The notes beneath the pieces were generated by a model. That model ran no database searches, had not been told where the DNA came from, and saw nothing but the letters and a program-made list of their open reading frames with translations. This document shows positions 43,684 through 55,056 of a stretch of DNA of 64,000 nucleotides, piece after piece; position 1 is the first letter of the stretch; the number at the start of each line of letters is the position of its first letter. Made by a program: the position numbers and the translations under genes. This stretch comes from an uncultured bacterium (GTDB taxonomy: Bacteria; Margulisbacteria; WOR-1; CAVSGV01), in NCBI GenBank assembly GCA_963768305.1, contig CAVYHE010000009.1, positions 114,534-178,533 on the forward strand, read 5' to 3'.

Positions 43684-45273
43684 TTAGATCTGAACGTCAA
43701 TAAGTTCAAAATTGCTCTTAAATAACTTCTCTGCAAGCGCTTCTTTTGCCGATTTATCCTTTGCTAGAAGAATATCAAGAACAGCAAATACCTTATGCGC
43801 CATCATAGTATAAAAAGTACTGTAGCTATTATTATTAAGGAATTTCTGCGGAGTATGATTGGCCACCATCTGAGGACCTTTCATGCCCAAAAATATGTTA
43901 CGCGGCCCTTCAAAAACCTGCAATTTTTGTGCATCGGCAGTTATCATTTTTGAGAATTCATCCCCCATCCAGGAATCAAAACCCAGCATGTTGATGAATT
44001 TCTCATCCTCTTCCACTTGCACGCAAGCTGACTTTGAAAGTATATCTGTCGGCAGAATTTCTCCTTCACGGAATTTAGCGCCATTTATCAAGCTTTCCAC
44101 CTTTAACCCATAGAATGTGGAGTTCAAGACTTCGGGGTTCTTCCCTCCCCTGACGTATGAATACGGAATTTTCGGGGTTTCAATAAGTTCTCCGTTGCCG
44201 AAATATCCCCCGCTCTGGTTATTGGCGTTCGCTATGGCCACGGCGAACATCGCAGACTCAGTGGAGCCGAATTTTTCCAGCAATGCCGGGAACAAATAAT
44301 ACCACAGGAACTCATCCCCGTTGGAGCTTGCTATCGTTTTTATGCCAAGGTTTTTCATCGCTTCCAATATTCCGTACTGATATGAAAGCGTGGCGTTATC
44401 TCCGTGCCCCGCGGGATACAGTCCTGGCAGCGGCTTGGTCACATCGGCAATATCATAGCGTTGCAACACTCTCTGGTTCCAGCATATTATGTCATCTCCC
44501 CACTCATGGGCTTCAGGATTATCCGTTATATAATTCGAGAAAAAGGGAGCGCTTGCAAAAGAATTCATTATGAAATGAGGTGTCCGCACTCCTATAGAAC
44601 CGGATATCTTGCGGATAACATTGACCAGAATGCCTTTGAAGGTCTTGCCTGAGTTAGGGATCGGATAAAGGCTTCTGGGCGTTTGCGGGGTCACGTCATG
44701 CTTTCTGGCATAATCCGAATAATTCAATAGCTCTTTGCCCGCCCTTGTCCCCGCGCCCCCGCTTACATCCAATATGCCGACGGAACCAAAACTGTTCGAA
44801 TTCTCATTATGCTTCCACTTTTCAAGCCCTGCATCAAATTTTTCAAGAAAGTCTCCTGGGCTTTCAAAAAGGGGCTTCATTCCCTTGCGCTTATCATCAT
44901 CCTTAAGCAGGCCATAGGTAAAGGGCATCATTTCGGTCCTTGGCATCGGGGTAAATTCCTTGTCAGATAATCTGTTAGGCATCTCGATAACGTCCCTCTG
45001 AAAATTGAAGAAAGTATCAGCCAGCGCGATAGAATTGCTTCTATCGCTTACGCCTAAAGAGTTTATTTCTTGAGGGAGGGTAATGCAACTTCCAAGATAC
45101 TTGATCCTTTTATTGATCTCCTGCTGCACCTGTAATTGCAACTTCATATCTTGGTTCTCAAAAGCTAATGCCTTATGAAGATTGCCCGCTCCTGCTTTGC
45201 GGATATCGGACGCAGTTGCAAATCTGCTCCTGTGCGCAGCCGGAATAGCCTCAATGATCGATCTGACCGCCAT
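43684..45273 (-). CDS. UDPGP-family nucleotidyltransferase paralog 2
   Basis: LDVSGGAGTR (cf. LNGGLGTS/LAGGQGTR), MNSF, NQ, YPAGHGD (cf. PPGHGD), SNGDE (cf. SNxDN). Confidence 0.75.
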   Translation of the reverse strand: MAVRSIIEAIPAAHRSRFATASDIRKAGAGNLHKALAFENQDMKLQLQVQQEINKRIKYLGSCITLPQEINSLGVSDRSNSIALADTFFNFQRDVIEMPNRLSDKEFTPMPRTEMMPFTYGLLKDDDKRKGMKPLFESPGDFLEKFDAGLEKWKHNENSNSFGSVGILDVSGGAGTRAGKELLNYSDYARKHDVTPQTPRSLYPIPNSGKTFKGILVNVIRKISGSIGVRTPHFIMNSFASAPFFSNYITDNPEAHEWGDDIICWNQRVLQRYDIADVTKPLPGLYPAGHGDNATLSYQYGILEAMKNLGIKTIASSNGDEFLWYYLFPALLEKFGSTESAMFAVAIANANNQSGGYFGNGELIETPKIPYSYVRGGKNPEVLNSTFYGLKVESLINGAKFREGEILPTDILSKSACVQVEEDEKFINMLGFDSWMGDEFSKMITADAQKLQVFEGPRNIFLGMKGPQMVANHTPQKFLNNNSYSTFYTMMAHKVFAVLDILLAKDKSAKEALAEKLFKSNFELIDVQI

Positions 45274-45310
45274 GAATAATTTCTCCTTCTCTTATATTGT
45301 CCCTATATAT

Positions 45311-45338
45311 TTATCGTCACTTTTATTGGAAAATTTCA
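45311..45338 (-). promoter_or_regulatory. Sigma28-like promoter element, copy 9
   Basis: TGAAA-N15-GACGATAA. Confidence 0.75.
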
Positions 45339-45416
45339 CTTTTTTCAAAATATTTTACAATAAAACCCAAGGGGACAGACACACCTCAAAAATAGTGTAG
45401 TATCATTTGATAAAAG

Positions 45417-47075
45417 CTATATATTGACGTTTATCAATTCAAAATTGTTATCGAACAGGTCCTTGGCCAATACATTTCTTTCACTCGACTTGCCTGCCAG
45501 GAGAAGATTTAAAACCTTTATAACCTTATTTGCCATCATTCCATAAAAATCCACATAGCTAAGATTCCTATCCCCTTGCGGACCCTTCGCCACCAAGAAG
45601 TCCTGAGGCGCGTCATTGAACGCCTGACTAGCGCCCTTAATGCCCAAAAATAGGTTCCTTGGCGCCTCCAATACTTTCATTGTCCCGCCACCCGCCTGAT
45701 TTTGCTGCGAAAAGACCTCTCCCATCCACGATTCATGCCCTATTATATTCATATATTCTTTTGTCCCTTCCATATTCCACCATGTCGGCTTTACGGTCAG
45801 AGTAACGTTCTCGCCGGCCTCTTCTTCCAATTTGCCGGCCCCTTCTAATAGATTGTTAAGGGTCATCACGGTAAAAGTCGTATTCAAGGTCTCCGGATTT
45901 CCGGCATTGACAAAAAGATAAGGTATGCGCGGGGTCTCCATTTGAAGCCCGCCGCTAAAACAGCCGCCCGATTGATCGAGTATATTGGGCACCGCCATCA
46001 TGAACATTGTGGCTTCCAAAGGCCCCATTTTCCCCAATAAAGCTGGGAACAAGTAATACCATAGAAATTCGTCGCCATTCGAATTGGCCACGTACTTTAT
46101 CCCCAGATCCTTCATGGCCTTATATATCCCGTACCTGAAACCTAAAATGGCGGCGTCTCCGTGCCCTGCGGGGAAACCTTCGGCAAGTTCCTTTGGGAAC
46201 GATTCTATGTCATAACGCTTTAATATCCTCTGGTTCCACAGAACTACATCCTCATCCCATGAAGCAACATCGATCTTATTGCTTTGTATATGATTTAGAA
46301 AATATGAGGCCTTTTCCGAAGATATCATCGAGAAAATAGGGGTCCTAACGCCCAAACTCTTGCTTATGGTCTTAACGATGTCTATTACCCTGCCCTTAAA
46401 AGTATGTTCGGTGCCAAGGATGGGATACAAAGAACGCGGAGTTTCAGCGGAAACATGGTTCTCATAGGCGATCCTTTGGAAAGGTTGCATAGCCAGATCG
46501 CGTGCCGCTCTGGCTCCTGCGCCGCCCCCGACGTCCAAAACCCCGACCGTGCCAAAACCGTCGGATCCTTTTTTCCATATTTTAAGCCCCTCGTCAAATG
46601 CTTTCAAAAAGTCCTCTTCGCTTGAGAAAAGCGGGGCAATTTTACTGTCAGTGTTCTTCCTTGATGCATGGATAGCGGGAGTAAAAGGCATCATGTCATT
46701 GCGGGCCAGGGGCTCATATTTATCAGGCGGAATGCGGTTGTCCATTTCCAAAATGTCTTGCTGGACTTCAAATAACTTTCTGGCTAAAGGATAAGTCGGG
46801 CATTGCGCGTCACCAGGCCTTATCACGGCCGGCATGAAATTCAAGGATTTATTATTTTCATTCAGCAACGCGATCCTTCTTGCGACCTCCGCCTGCACTT
46901 TAACCTGAAAATCCTGGTCAACCTCTTTGTTCATGGTCAACTCTTCGGGTATGAATTTTTTTGTGGCCATTTCCCCGCGCAATTGCTTGATATGACCCGC
47001 GGTTATGAATTTTTTCCGAAATTCTTCGGGAATATGATCTAATATGTTCCTTGATCTACTAAACAACACATCCAC
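45417..47075 (-). CDS. UDPGP-family nucleotidyltransferase paralog 3 (more diverged)
   Basis: LDVGGGAGAR, FPAGHGD, NSNGDEFLWYYLFP shared with paralogs 1 and 2. Confidence 0.75.
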   Translation of the reverse strand: MDVLFSRSRNILDHIPEEFRKKFITAGHIKQLRGEMATKKFIPEELTMNKEVDQDFQVKVQAEVARRIALLNENNKSLNFMPAVIRPGDAQCPTYPLARKLFEVQQDILEMDNRIPPDKYEPLARNDMMPFTPAIHASRKNTDSKIAPLFSSEEDFLKAFDEGLKIWKKGSDGFGTVGVLDVGGGAGARAARDLAMQPFQRIAYENHVSAETPRSLYPILGTEHTFKGRVIDIVKTISKSLGVRTPIFSMISSEKASYFLNHIQSNKIDVASWDEDVVLWNQRILKRYDIESFPKELAEGFPAGHGDAAILGFRYGIYKAMKDLGIKYVANSNGDEFLWYYLFPALLGKMGPLEATMFMMAVPNILDQSGGCFSGGLQMETPRIPYLFVNAGNPETLNTTFTVMTLNNLLEGAGKLEEEAGENVTLTVKPTWWNMEGTKEYMNIIGHESWMGEVFSQQNQAGGGTMKVLEAPRNLFLGIKGASQAFNDAPQDFLVAKGPQGDRNLSYVDFYGMMANKVIKVLNLLLAGKSSERNVLAKDLFDNNFELINVNI

Positions 47076-47128
47076 TCCCTCCGTTAATTATTTTGATCGA
47101 ACGATAATGAGTTCTTTATTCTGATAAG

Positions 47129-47156
47129 TTATCGACACTTCTTTCTGAAAATTTCA
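47129..47156 (-). promoter_or_regulatory. Sigma28-like promoter element, copy 10 (island border, divergent from leuC)
   Basis: TGAAA-N15-GTCGATAA. Confidence 0.75.
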
Positions 47157-47195
47157 CTATTTTTCAAAATATTTTTCTGTTAAAATCCAGGTACT

Positions 47196-48476
47196 ATGTC
47201 AATGACGATAACCGAGAAGATCCTTGCCGCGCATTGCGGCAAAGAAGCCGTTAAGCCCGGGGAACTTATCAATGCGAGAGTCGATCTCGTCCTCGGGAAT
47301 GACATCACCGCGCCGCCCGCGATAAAGGAGTTCGAAAGGATCGGAGTGGACAGGGTTTTCGATAAAGATAAGATCGCACTTGTCCCCGACCACTTCACCC
47401 CGAACAAGGACATCAAGAGCGCCCAGCAGGTGAAAATGATCCGGGAATTCGCGAAAAAATTCGGGATAGTCAATTTCTTCGAAATCGGCTGCGTTGGGAT
47501 AGAACATGCGCTTCTTCCCGAACTCGGGCTGGTGATGCCGGGCGACCTCGTAATAGGCGCTGATTCTCATACCTGCACATACGGCGCGCTCGGAGCATTT
47601 TCAACGGGCGTGGGCTCCACCGACATGGCCGCAGCCATGGCCACTGGAGAAGTTTGGCTGAAAGTCCCGGAAACGATCAAATTCGTTTATAACGGAAAGC
47701 TCAATAAATGGGTCGAGGGAAAAGACCTGATACTCTATACGATCGGGAATATCGGCGTGGACGGCGCGCGTTATATGTCCATGGAATTCACCGGCGAAGC
47801 CATCAAAAATCTTTCGATGGACCAGAGGTTCACAATGGCGAACATGGCCATTGAAGCCGGCGGAAAGAACGGGATAATCGAGCCGGATGACATTACGATC
47901 AAATATGTCAAAGAAGTGATCAAGAGGAACCATCTCAAAAGGGATTACATTATATATAAGAGCGATGAAGACGCGAGGTACTCGAAAGTTATCGAATATG
48001 AATGTAAGGATATCGAGCCGCAGGTCGCGTTCCCAAGCCTGCCGTCGAACACAAAGCCGATCTCTCAAGCTTCCGGCATGAACATTAAGCTTGATCAGGT
48101 GGTCATCGGCTCCTGCACGAACGGCCGAATTGAGGACATGAGGATCGCCGCGAAACTCTTTAAGGGCAAGCAAAAGCACAGGGATGTGCGGGTCATTATC
48201 CTTCCCGCGACGCAGATGATAGTGAAGCAGATGATAAAAGAAGGGCTGATGGACATTTTTATCGACGCGCAATGTGCTGTTTCCACTCCCACCTGCGGGC
48301 CGTGTCTTGGCGGGCACATGGGAGTTCTTGCCGAAGGCGAAAAAGCATTATCGACGACCAACAGGAATTTCGTGGGCCGAATGGGGCATCCCAAATCCGA
48401 AGTTTATCTTTCAAATGTGGCTGTCGCCGCTGCTTCGGCAGTGCTGGGCAAAATAGCCAGCCCGGAGGAATTATGA
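47196..48476 (+). CDS. leuC: 3-isopropylmalate dehydratase large subunit
   Basis: [39 protein letters not shown]. Confidence 0.95.
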   Translation: MSMTITEKILAAHCGKEAVKPGELINARVDLVLGNDITAPPAIKEFERIGVDRVFDKDKIALVPDHFTPNKDIKSAQQVKMIREFAKKFGIVNFFEIGCVGIEHALLPELGLVMPGDLVIGADSHTCTYGALGAFSTGVGSTDMAAAMATGEVWLKVPETIKFVYNGKLNKWVEGKDLILYTIGNIGVDGARYMSMEFTGEAIKNLSMDQRFTMANMAIEAGGKNGIIEPDDITIKYVKEVIKRNHLKRDYIIYKSDEDARYSKVIEYECKDIEPQVAFPSLPSNTKPISQASGMNIKLDQVVIGSCTNGRIEDMRIAAKLFKGKQKHRDVRVIILPATQMIVKQMIKEGLMDIFIDAQCAVSTPTCGPCLGGHMGVLAEGEKALSTTNRNFVGRMGHPKSEVYLSNVAVAAASAVLGKIASPEEL

Positions 48477-48974
48477 TATTGGGTAAAGCGCATAAATTTG
48501 GGGATAACATAGATACCGACGCCATTATACCGGCGAGGCACCTGAACACTCACGACCCCGCTGAGCTGGCCAAACACGTGATGGAGGATGCGGATCAGCA
48601 TTTTGCGGAAAAGATGAAAGCGAATGATATCATTGTTGCAGGCGAGAACTTCGGATGCGGCTCAAGCCGCGAACATGCTCCGATAGCTATTAAGGCAGCG
48701 GGAATTTCAGCCGTCATAGCCAAATCGTTCGCGAGGATATTTTACCGCAACGCGATCAATATCGGCTTGCCGATACTTGAGTCAAAGGAAGCTGTCGATG
48801 GGATAGCCGACGGCGACGAAGTTGAAGATCGAACTTGCTATCGGCGAAATTAGGAATGTCACGACAAAGAAAAATTATAAAGCGGCAGCGTTCCCTCCTT
48901 TCATGCAGCAGATAATAAACGCCGGCGGCTTGATCGAATATGTAAGGAAAAAGATACATGGCAAAAACATATAA
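48473..48974 (+). CDS. leuD: 3-isopropylmalate dehydratase small subunit (frameshift near 48828)
   Basis: [36 protein letters not shown]; the alternative frame ends [18 protein letters not shown]. Confidence 0.92.
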
Positions 48975-50034
48975 AATAGCCGCCATAAGAGGCGACGGGA
49001 CCGGCCCTGAAGTAATGGCTGAAGGATTGAAGGTCCTTGATGCCGCATCTTCGAAATTCGGGTTCAAGCTTGAGATAACAGATCTCGACCTCGGAGGCTC
49101 CCGATATCTGCGGACAGGCGATGTTCTTCCCGCAAAAGAACTCAAAGAGATCAAAAAACAGGATGCCATTTATCTTTCCGCCGTCGGAGATCCAAATGTT
49201 AAGCCGGGCATACTTGAAAAAGGGCTTCTGCTGAAGCTGCGTTTCGAGCTGGATCAATATGTTAACTTAAGGCCCGTTCATCTTTATCCCGGAGTTGAAT
49301 CCCCCATAAAAGGAAAAGGCCCGAAAGAAATTGATTATACGATAATCCGAGAAAATACCGGCGGGCTTTATACGGGCAAAGGCGGAATAAAAAATCCCGG
49401 AACGAAAAAAGAGATCGCCGAACAAAGGATGATATACACTTACTCGCAAGTCGAGAGGATACTTCGTTACGCTTTTGAATATGCAAGAAAGAACGGGAAG
49501 AAAGCACGAGGCATCGGATCTGAGAACAAACTCGCGATGGTCGGGAAATCCAATGTGCTTACATATATGTATGAACTTTGGAACAGGGTTTTTGCCGAGG
49601 TCGGAAAAGATTTTCCTGATGTGAAGCGCGAGTACTATCACGTGGATGCGACCTGCCTGTATATGATCGCCAGCCCGGAGATGTTCGATGTGATAGTCAC
49701 AGAGAACATGTTCGGCGATATCATAACCGACCTCGCCGCGATCACGCAGGGCGGATTGGGAATTGCGGCAGGAGGGAATATAAATCCGAAAGGAGTTTCG
49801 ATGTTCGAGCCGATCGGCGGCAGCGCTCCGATGTGGACGGGGAAAAATGCGATCAACCCGTTAGCGTGCATCGGCGCCGGCGCGATGATGCTTGAATCCT
49901 TGGGTGAAGTAAAAGCCGCTAAAGCCATCGAATCCGCTATCGCAAAAACCACACCGAAAATGAAAAGCCAGATGGCGGGGCAGATGGGATTTACGACTAC
50001 CGAGGTCGGCGACTTAATATCAGAAGGCGTCTGA
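48958..50034 (+). CDS. leuB: 3-isopropylmalate dehydrogenase
   Basis: GDGTGPEV, NLRP, RENT, K.NVL, NMFGDIITD, FEPIGGSAP; follows leuCD. Confidence 0.93.
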   Translation: MAKTYKIAAIRGDGTGPEVMAEGLKVLDAASSKFGFKLEITDLDLGGSRYLRTGDVLPAKELKEIKKQDAIYLSAVGDPNVKPGILEKGLLLKLRFELDQYVNLRPVHLYPGVESPIKGKGPKEIDYTIIRENTGGLYTGKGGIKNPGTKKEIAEQRMIYTYSQVERILRYAFEYARKNGKKARGIGSENKLAMVGKSNVLTYMYELWNRVFAEVGKDFPDVKREYYHVDATCLYMIASPEMFDVIVTENMFGDIITDLAAITQGGLGIAAGGNINPKGVSMFEPIGGSAPMWTGKNAINPLACIGAGAMMLESLGEVKAAKAIESAIAKTTPKMKSQMAGQMGFTTTEVGDLISEGV

Positions 50035-51034
50035 CATTTGCTCCGATATGTTCCGCTCCGCTCACATACCTGATCACGGCTCCTCCAGCGGCTCCCGAAG
50101 CCATAACTTGTCCGATAGTGCGGGCGCAAACGCCTCCAATAGCGAAAACAGGTATCTTCACCCTATTCGTCACCTTCTTTAAAACGCTTATGCCGGAAGG
50201 TTTTGCATGAGGTTTGATCGGTGTCTTAAAGACAGGCCCGAATCCGATATAATCGGCGCCGAGTTTCTCCGCTCTCATAGCTTCCTTCAAGGTCGATGCT
50301 GAAACGCCTATCAATTTATCGTCTCCCAATCTCTTCCTGATCTCTCTGATACCCGGATTTCCCGATATCCTGACCCAATATGAACTCCATCAGCTCCGGA
50401 TTTCAGCGCGACTTCCGGATGATCATTAACAATAAAGGTTAAGCCGTGAGCTTTGGCATATTTAGATAATTTTTTTGCTTCTTCAAGGCACTTTGCTCTA
50501 CTTGACAACTTATCGCGCAGTTGAAATATCTTCGCGCCGGCCATTGACGCCTCTTTCATGATATCAAGATGTGAATGTCCGAAGGAGCTATCCGTGATCA
50601 CATAGATCGGGCTATCGAGTTTTATCTTTTTTTTTAAAAGTACCGCGGCTTTTTGCTCGATATCGTAGAGCTCGAACCTTAATTTTTTGAATTTCGAACA
50701 GAGCTTCGGATCGAAAAGCTTGGATGTTTCCTCGAAAACCCTTACCGATTCCTGCGCCCTTTTTATGTTCGCAGTAAAAACATCGAGGATGCCTGATCTT
50801 TTTGTTTCTGATTTTGTCGTTCTCTTTGCGCCAACATCACCCTTCACATCTCTAGTCTCTCAATCTCATATTTTTTAATAGCTTGACTATCTCATGCCTG
50901 ATCTTTTTCAATCTTTCAGTCAATCGATCATCGTCTAGAATAAACCTGACAATATCCTCGGCAACTCGGATCCCTTCGGTCGCCCGATTTAAATTCGCGT
51001 CGATCATTCTCATTGTTTTATTTTCTATTCCCAT
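49997..51034 (-). CDS. thiE: Thiamine-phosphate synthase with N-terminal ThiD2-like domain (cyanobacterial-type); two frameshifts
   Basis: RMIDANLNRATEGIRVAED, ANIKRAQESVRVFEE, QLRDK, VND, ADGVHIG, GADYIGFGPVFKTPIK, FAIGG spread over three ORFs. Confidence 0.9.
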
Positions 51035-51050
51035 GTTTAATTTTTCTCTC

Positions 51051-51093
51051 TTAACTCATAACCCTTAACTTATAACTCTTAACTTTTATAACT
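51051..51093. repeat. Short tandem heptamer repeat (TAAC-containing 7-mers)
   Basis: ttaactc ataaccc ttaactt ataactc ttaactt ttataact. Confidence 0.7.
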
Positions 51094-52015
51094 AATCGCT
51101 TATCACTCCCTGCAGCCATTGCTCCGGATCAACTCTGAGATTATGCAAGCTTACCGAGAAATGCAGATGAGGTCCTGTCGCGACACCTGTTGAGCCTACA
51201 AGCCCAATCTGCTGTCCTTTTTTAACTTTTTCTCTCGCCTTCACCAGTATCTTTGACATGTGCGCATAATAAGTGAATATTCCCTGGCCGTGATCTATGA
51301 CTACGACATTGCCGTGCGCCGGAAGCATCTTTGCCAGCCTCACTATGCCTGAATTCGAGGCAATGATCGGCGAACCCGCCGCGGCCGCGAAATCCAGCCC
51401 TCTGTGCCTTCCGGATCCTCTCCCGTTGATATTTTCCCTTAATCCGAAAGGCATGGATATTCGTCCTTTCGCGGGCCTGATGAATTGCCCGGTCAAGAAT
51501 TTCCCGGGATCTTCTTTTATGACTTCCGCCTCTATCGGCTTCCAGTCCTCCTCTATCACATCGGGCCGGAGCTTTTTCATCTTCGCGGGTTTCAGAGCGA
51601 AATTCAATGTCCTGAACCTGGTTTTCGCGACATGAATGCCGTAGCCGTAAACGCTTAAATTCCCCGCGGGATCCTTTGCCCTTAATATCATCAAGTAATC
51701 CTTGTTCCCCGGCTTGTCGATGCTGAAGCCGATGACGGCCCGGTACATTTTCTTGTACGGATAGGCGATGAAATCCTTTTTCTGAAATGTTCCGCTTATC
51801 TTGAGGTTGGGCTTGCTCGAAGTGAAATCGAGGTATGCTGTTTTCCCTTGCGCAAAAATGCCCCCGACAGAAACTAATTTAAGGACCTGCTTCTCCTTGA
51901 AATCGCTGGAAGTAATAAGTTTTATTTTTGCGGAGAAATCGCCAGTTAATGGATACGCATAAGATAAGATGATCGCGCTGAATATCAATGACAAGACTAT
52001 AGACCGTTTGAACAT
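51092..52015 (-). CDS. M23-family metallopeptidase
   Basis: Signal peptide; HRGLD, YAHM, TGPHLHF motifs. Confidence 0.92.
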   Translation of the reverse strand: MFKRSIVLSLIFSAIILSYAYPLTGDFSAKIKLITSSDFKEKQVLKLVSVGGIFAQGKTAYLDFTSSKPNLKISGTFQKKDFIAYPYKKMYRAVIGFSIDKPGNKDYLMILRAKDPAGNLSVYGYGIHVAKTRFRTLNFALKPAKMKKLRPDVIEEDWKPIEAEVIKEDPGKFLTGQFIRPAKGRISMPFGLRENINGRGSGRHRGLDFAAAAGSPIIASNSGIVRLAKMLPAHGNVVVIDHGQGIFTYYAHMSKILVKAREKVKKGQQIGLVGSTGVATGPHLHFSVSLHNLRVDPEQWLQGVISD

Positions 52016-52054
52016 TATCGGTATATTATCAAAATTTTACGGGCTATTCTATAG

Positions 52055-52095
52055 AAAAAATAAAGGCCGATCAGTCGCAATGACCTATCGGCCTT
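52055..52095 (-). terminator. Intrinsic terminator ending the 16S transcript
   Basis: AAGGCCGAT...ATCGGCCTT stem followed by a U-tract on the minus strand (AAAAAA at 52055-52060). Confidence 0.75.
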
Positions 52096-52239
52096 ATCTT
52101 TTGGATCGGCTTTCAAAACTAAACAGGTTGCCCTGAAGTATCGTCAAAAGACTTTACTTCAAGGCGGGATGCGGACACCTTCGCGCCGGCTTAAAGCCGA
52201 CGACGACCTAGAAAATATAAAAAAAGATTTATACTCCTT

Positions 52240-53757
<1,518 letters not shown>

Positions 53758-53942
53758 TTTATCCTTAACTCTATAAAAATACTGTTGCCGCGACCGTGAG
53801 GTCGCAGAACAACCCTTCAATTTCTCAAAGGGCAAAAATTTAGAAAAGACAAAGATGCCCACATCTTTGACCTGCTTAGTTTTCAAAGAACAGATCCGTT
53901 AAGAGGATGTTGCAATAAAGGTTAATCTATTGCAGGGCTGGG

Positions 53943-53971
53943 ATTATATTGAATTTAGCCGGCGCTGTCAA
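53943..53971 (-). promoter_or_regulatory. rRNA promoter, perfect sigma70 consensus; a second weaker one (CTGACA-N17-TATCCT) lies directly upstream
   Basis: TTGACA gcgccggctaaattcaa TATAAT; boxA-like TGTTCTTTGAAAA downstream near 53880-53892. Confidence 0.9.
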
Positions 53972-54046
53972 GGATAATTTTCGAATAAATCAATGTCAGT
54001 TTAATTGTGAGTCTCGCAAATCAACCGGTTATGCTATAATAATCTC

Positions 54047-55054
54047 ATGCCTCAGCTAAGGCAAAATCCGGCAACTAAAGATTGGGTCATCATCGCGACC
54101 GAGCGCGCGAAGCGGCCGGAAGAATTTTGACCCCCCAAGACAAAGAGGCCACTGACACAAAGAACATTTGCCCTTTTTGCCCGGGCAACGAATCGCAGAC
54201 ACCCGGCGAAATTTTCGCTTTCAGGACATACGGAACAAAACCAAATACTCCCGGATGGTGGATCCGGGTGACCCCGAATAAAATTCCCGGCGCTTGTCCC
54301 GACAGGCACCGCAAAAAGGACCCAATTTGAAGATTTCTTCAGGTATATGGAGGGCGTCGGGAGCCACGAGATCGTCATAGAAAGCCCGGACCATGACAAG
54401 TCGATGGCTACAATGGACCAGAAACAGGTGGAGGAGATCTTTCTCGCATACAGGGAAAGATACTCCGCGCTGAAAAAAGATCCAAGGTTCGAAATGATAC
54501 TTATATTCAAGAATCACGGACGGGAAGCCGGCACATCCATAAGACACCCTCATTCGCAGATCATCGCAGCACCCATCACGCCGAACCACATAAGACGCTA
54601 CACGGAAGAGGGAATGAGATATTTTGATGATAACGGCACTTGCGTCTACTGCGACATCCTTAGTAGAGAACTCAAAAAAGAGCGGCTGATATTTGAGACG
54701 GATAATTTCCTTGCGTTCGTACCGTTCGCCGCAAGGTCCCCTTTCGAAACCTGGGTGATCCCGAAAAAACACGATTCATCATACGACCATATTTCAACTC
54801 CCATTACAAAAGAACTGGGATACATTATGAGGCAGGTCTTGGGCAAATTGCACAAATCGCTTAACGATCCGGCTTATAATTTCATGATACTCTCGGCGCC
54901 GTGCCATGAAGAAAGCCTGGAATATTTCCACTGGCATATTCAGATAATCCCCCGTGTCGCGCAGGTTGCCGGATTCGAGATAGGCAGCGGCATATACATT
55001 AATACGGTCATACCCGAAGTCGCGGCGTTATTCCTGAAAGAAACAAAGATCTGA
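54047..55054 (+). CDS. galT: Galactose-1-phosphate uridylyltransferase (two frameshifts in the 5' part)
   Basis: MPQLRQNPATKDWVIIATERAKRP, CPFCPGNE..TP, HEIVIESPDH, FKNHG..AGTSIRHPHSQ, CVYCD, HWH. Confidence 0.92.
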
Positions 55055-55056
55055 TC

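Noticed and set aside
1430..47042. Numerous plus-strand ORFs across the island
   Set aside because: They are antisense shadows of long minus-strand genes with no recognisable motifs
4227..47156. The 28-bp motif as a recombination (attC/dif-like) site or mobile-element end
   Set aside because: It is not palindromic, no integrase or transposase is present, and it is always oriented just upstream of start codons with two conserved boxes at promoter-like spacing
52016..52040. ACCGATAA upstream of the M23 gene as an eleventh sigma28-like site
   Set aside because: Spacing to the nearest TAAA is 13 rather than 15, there is no TGAAA box, and the octamer abuts the start codon
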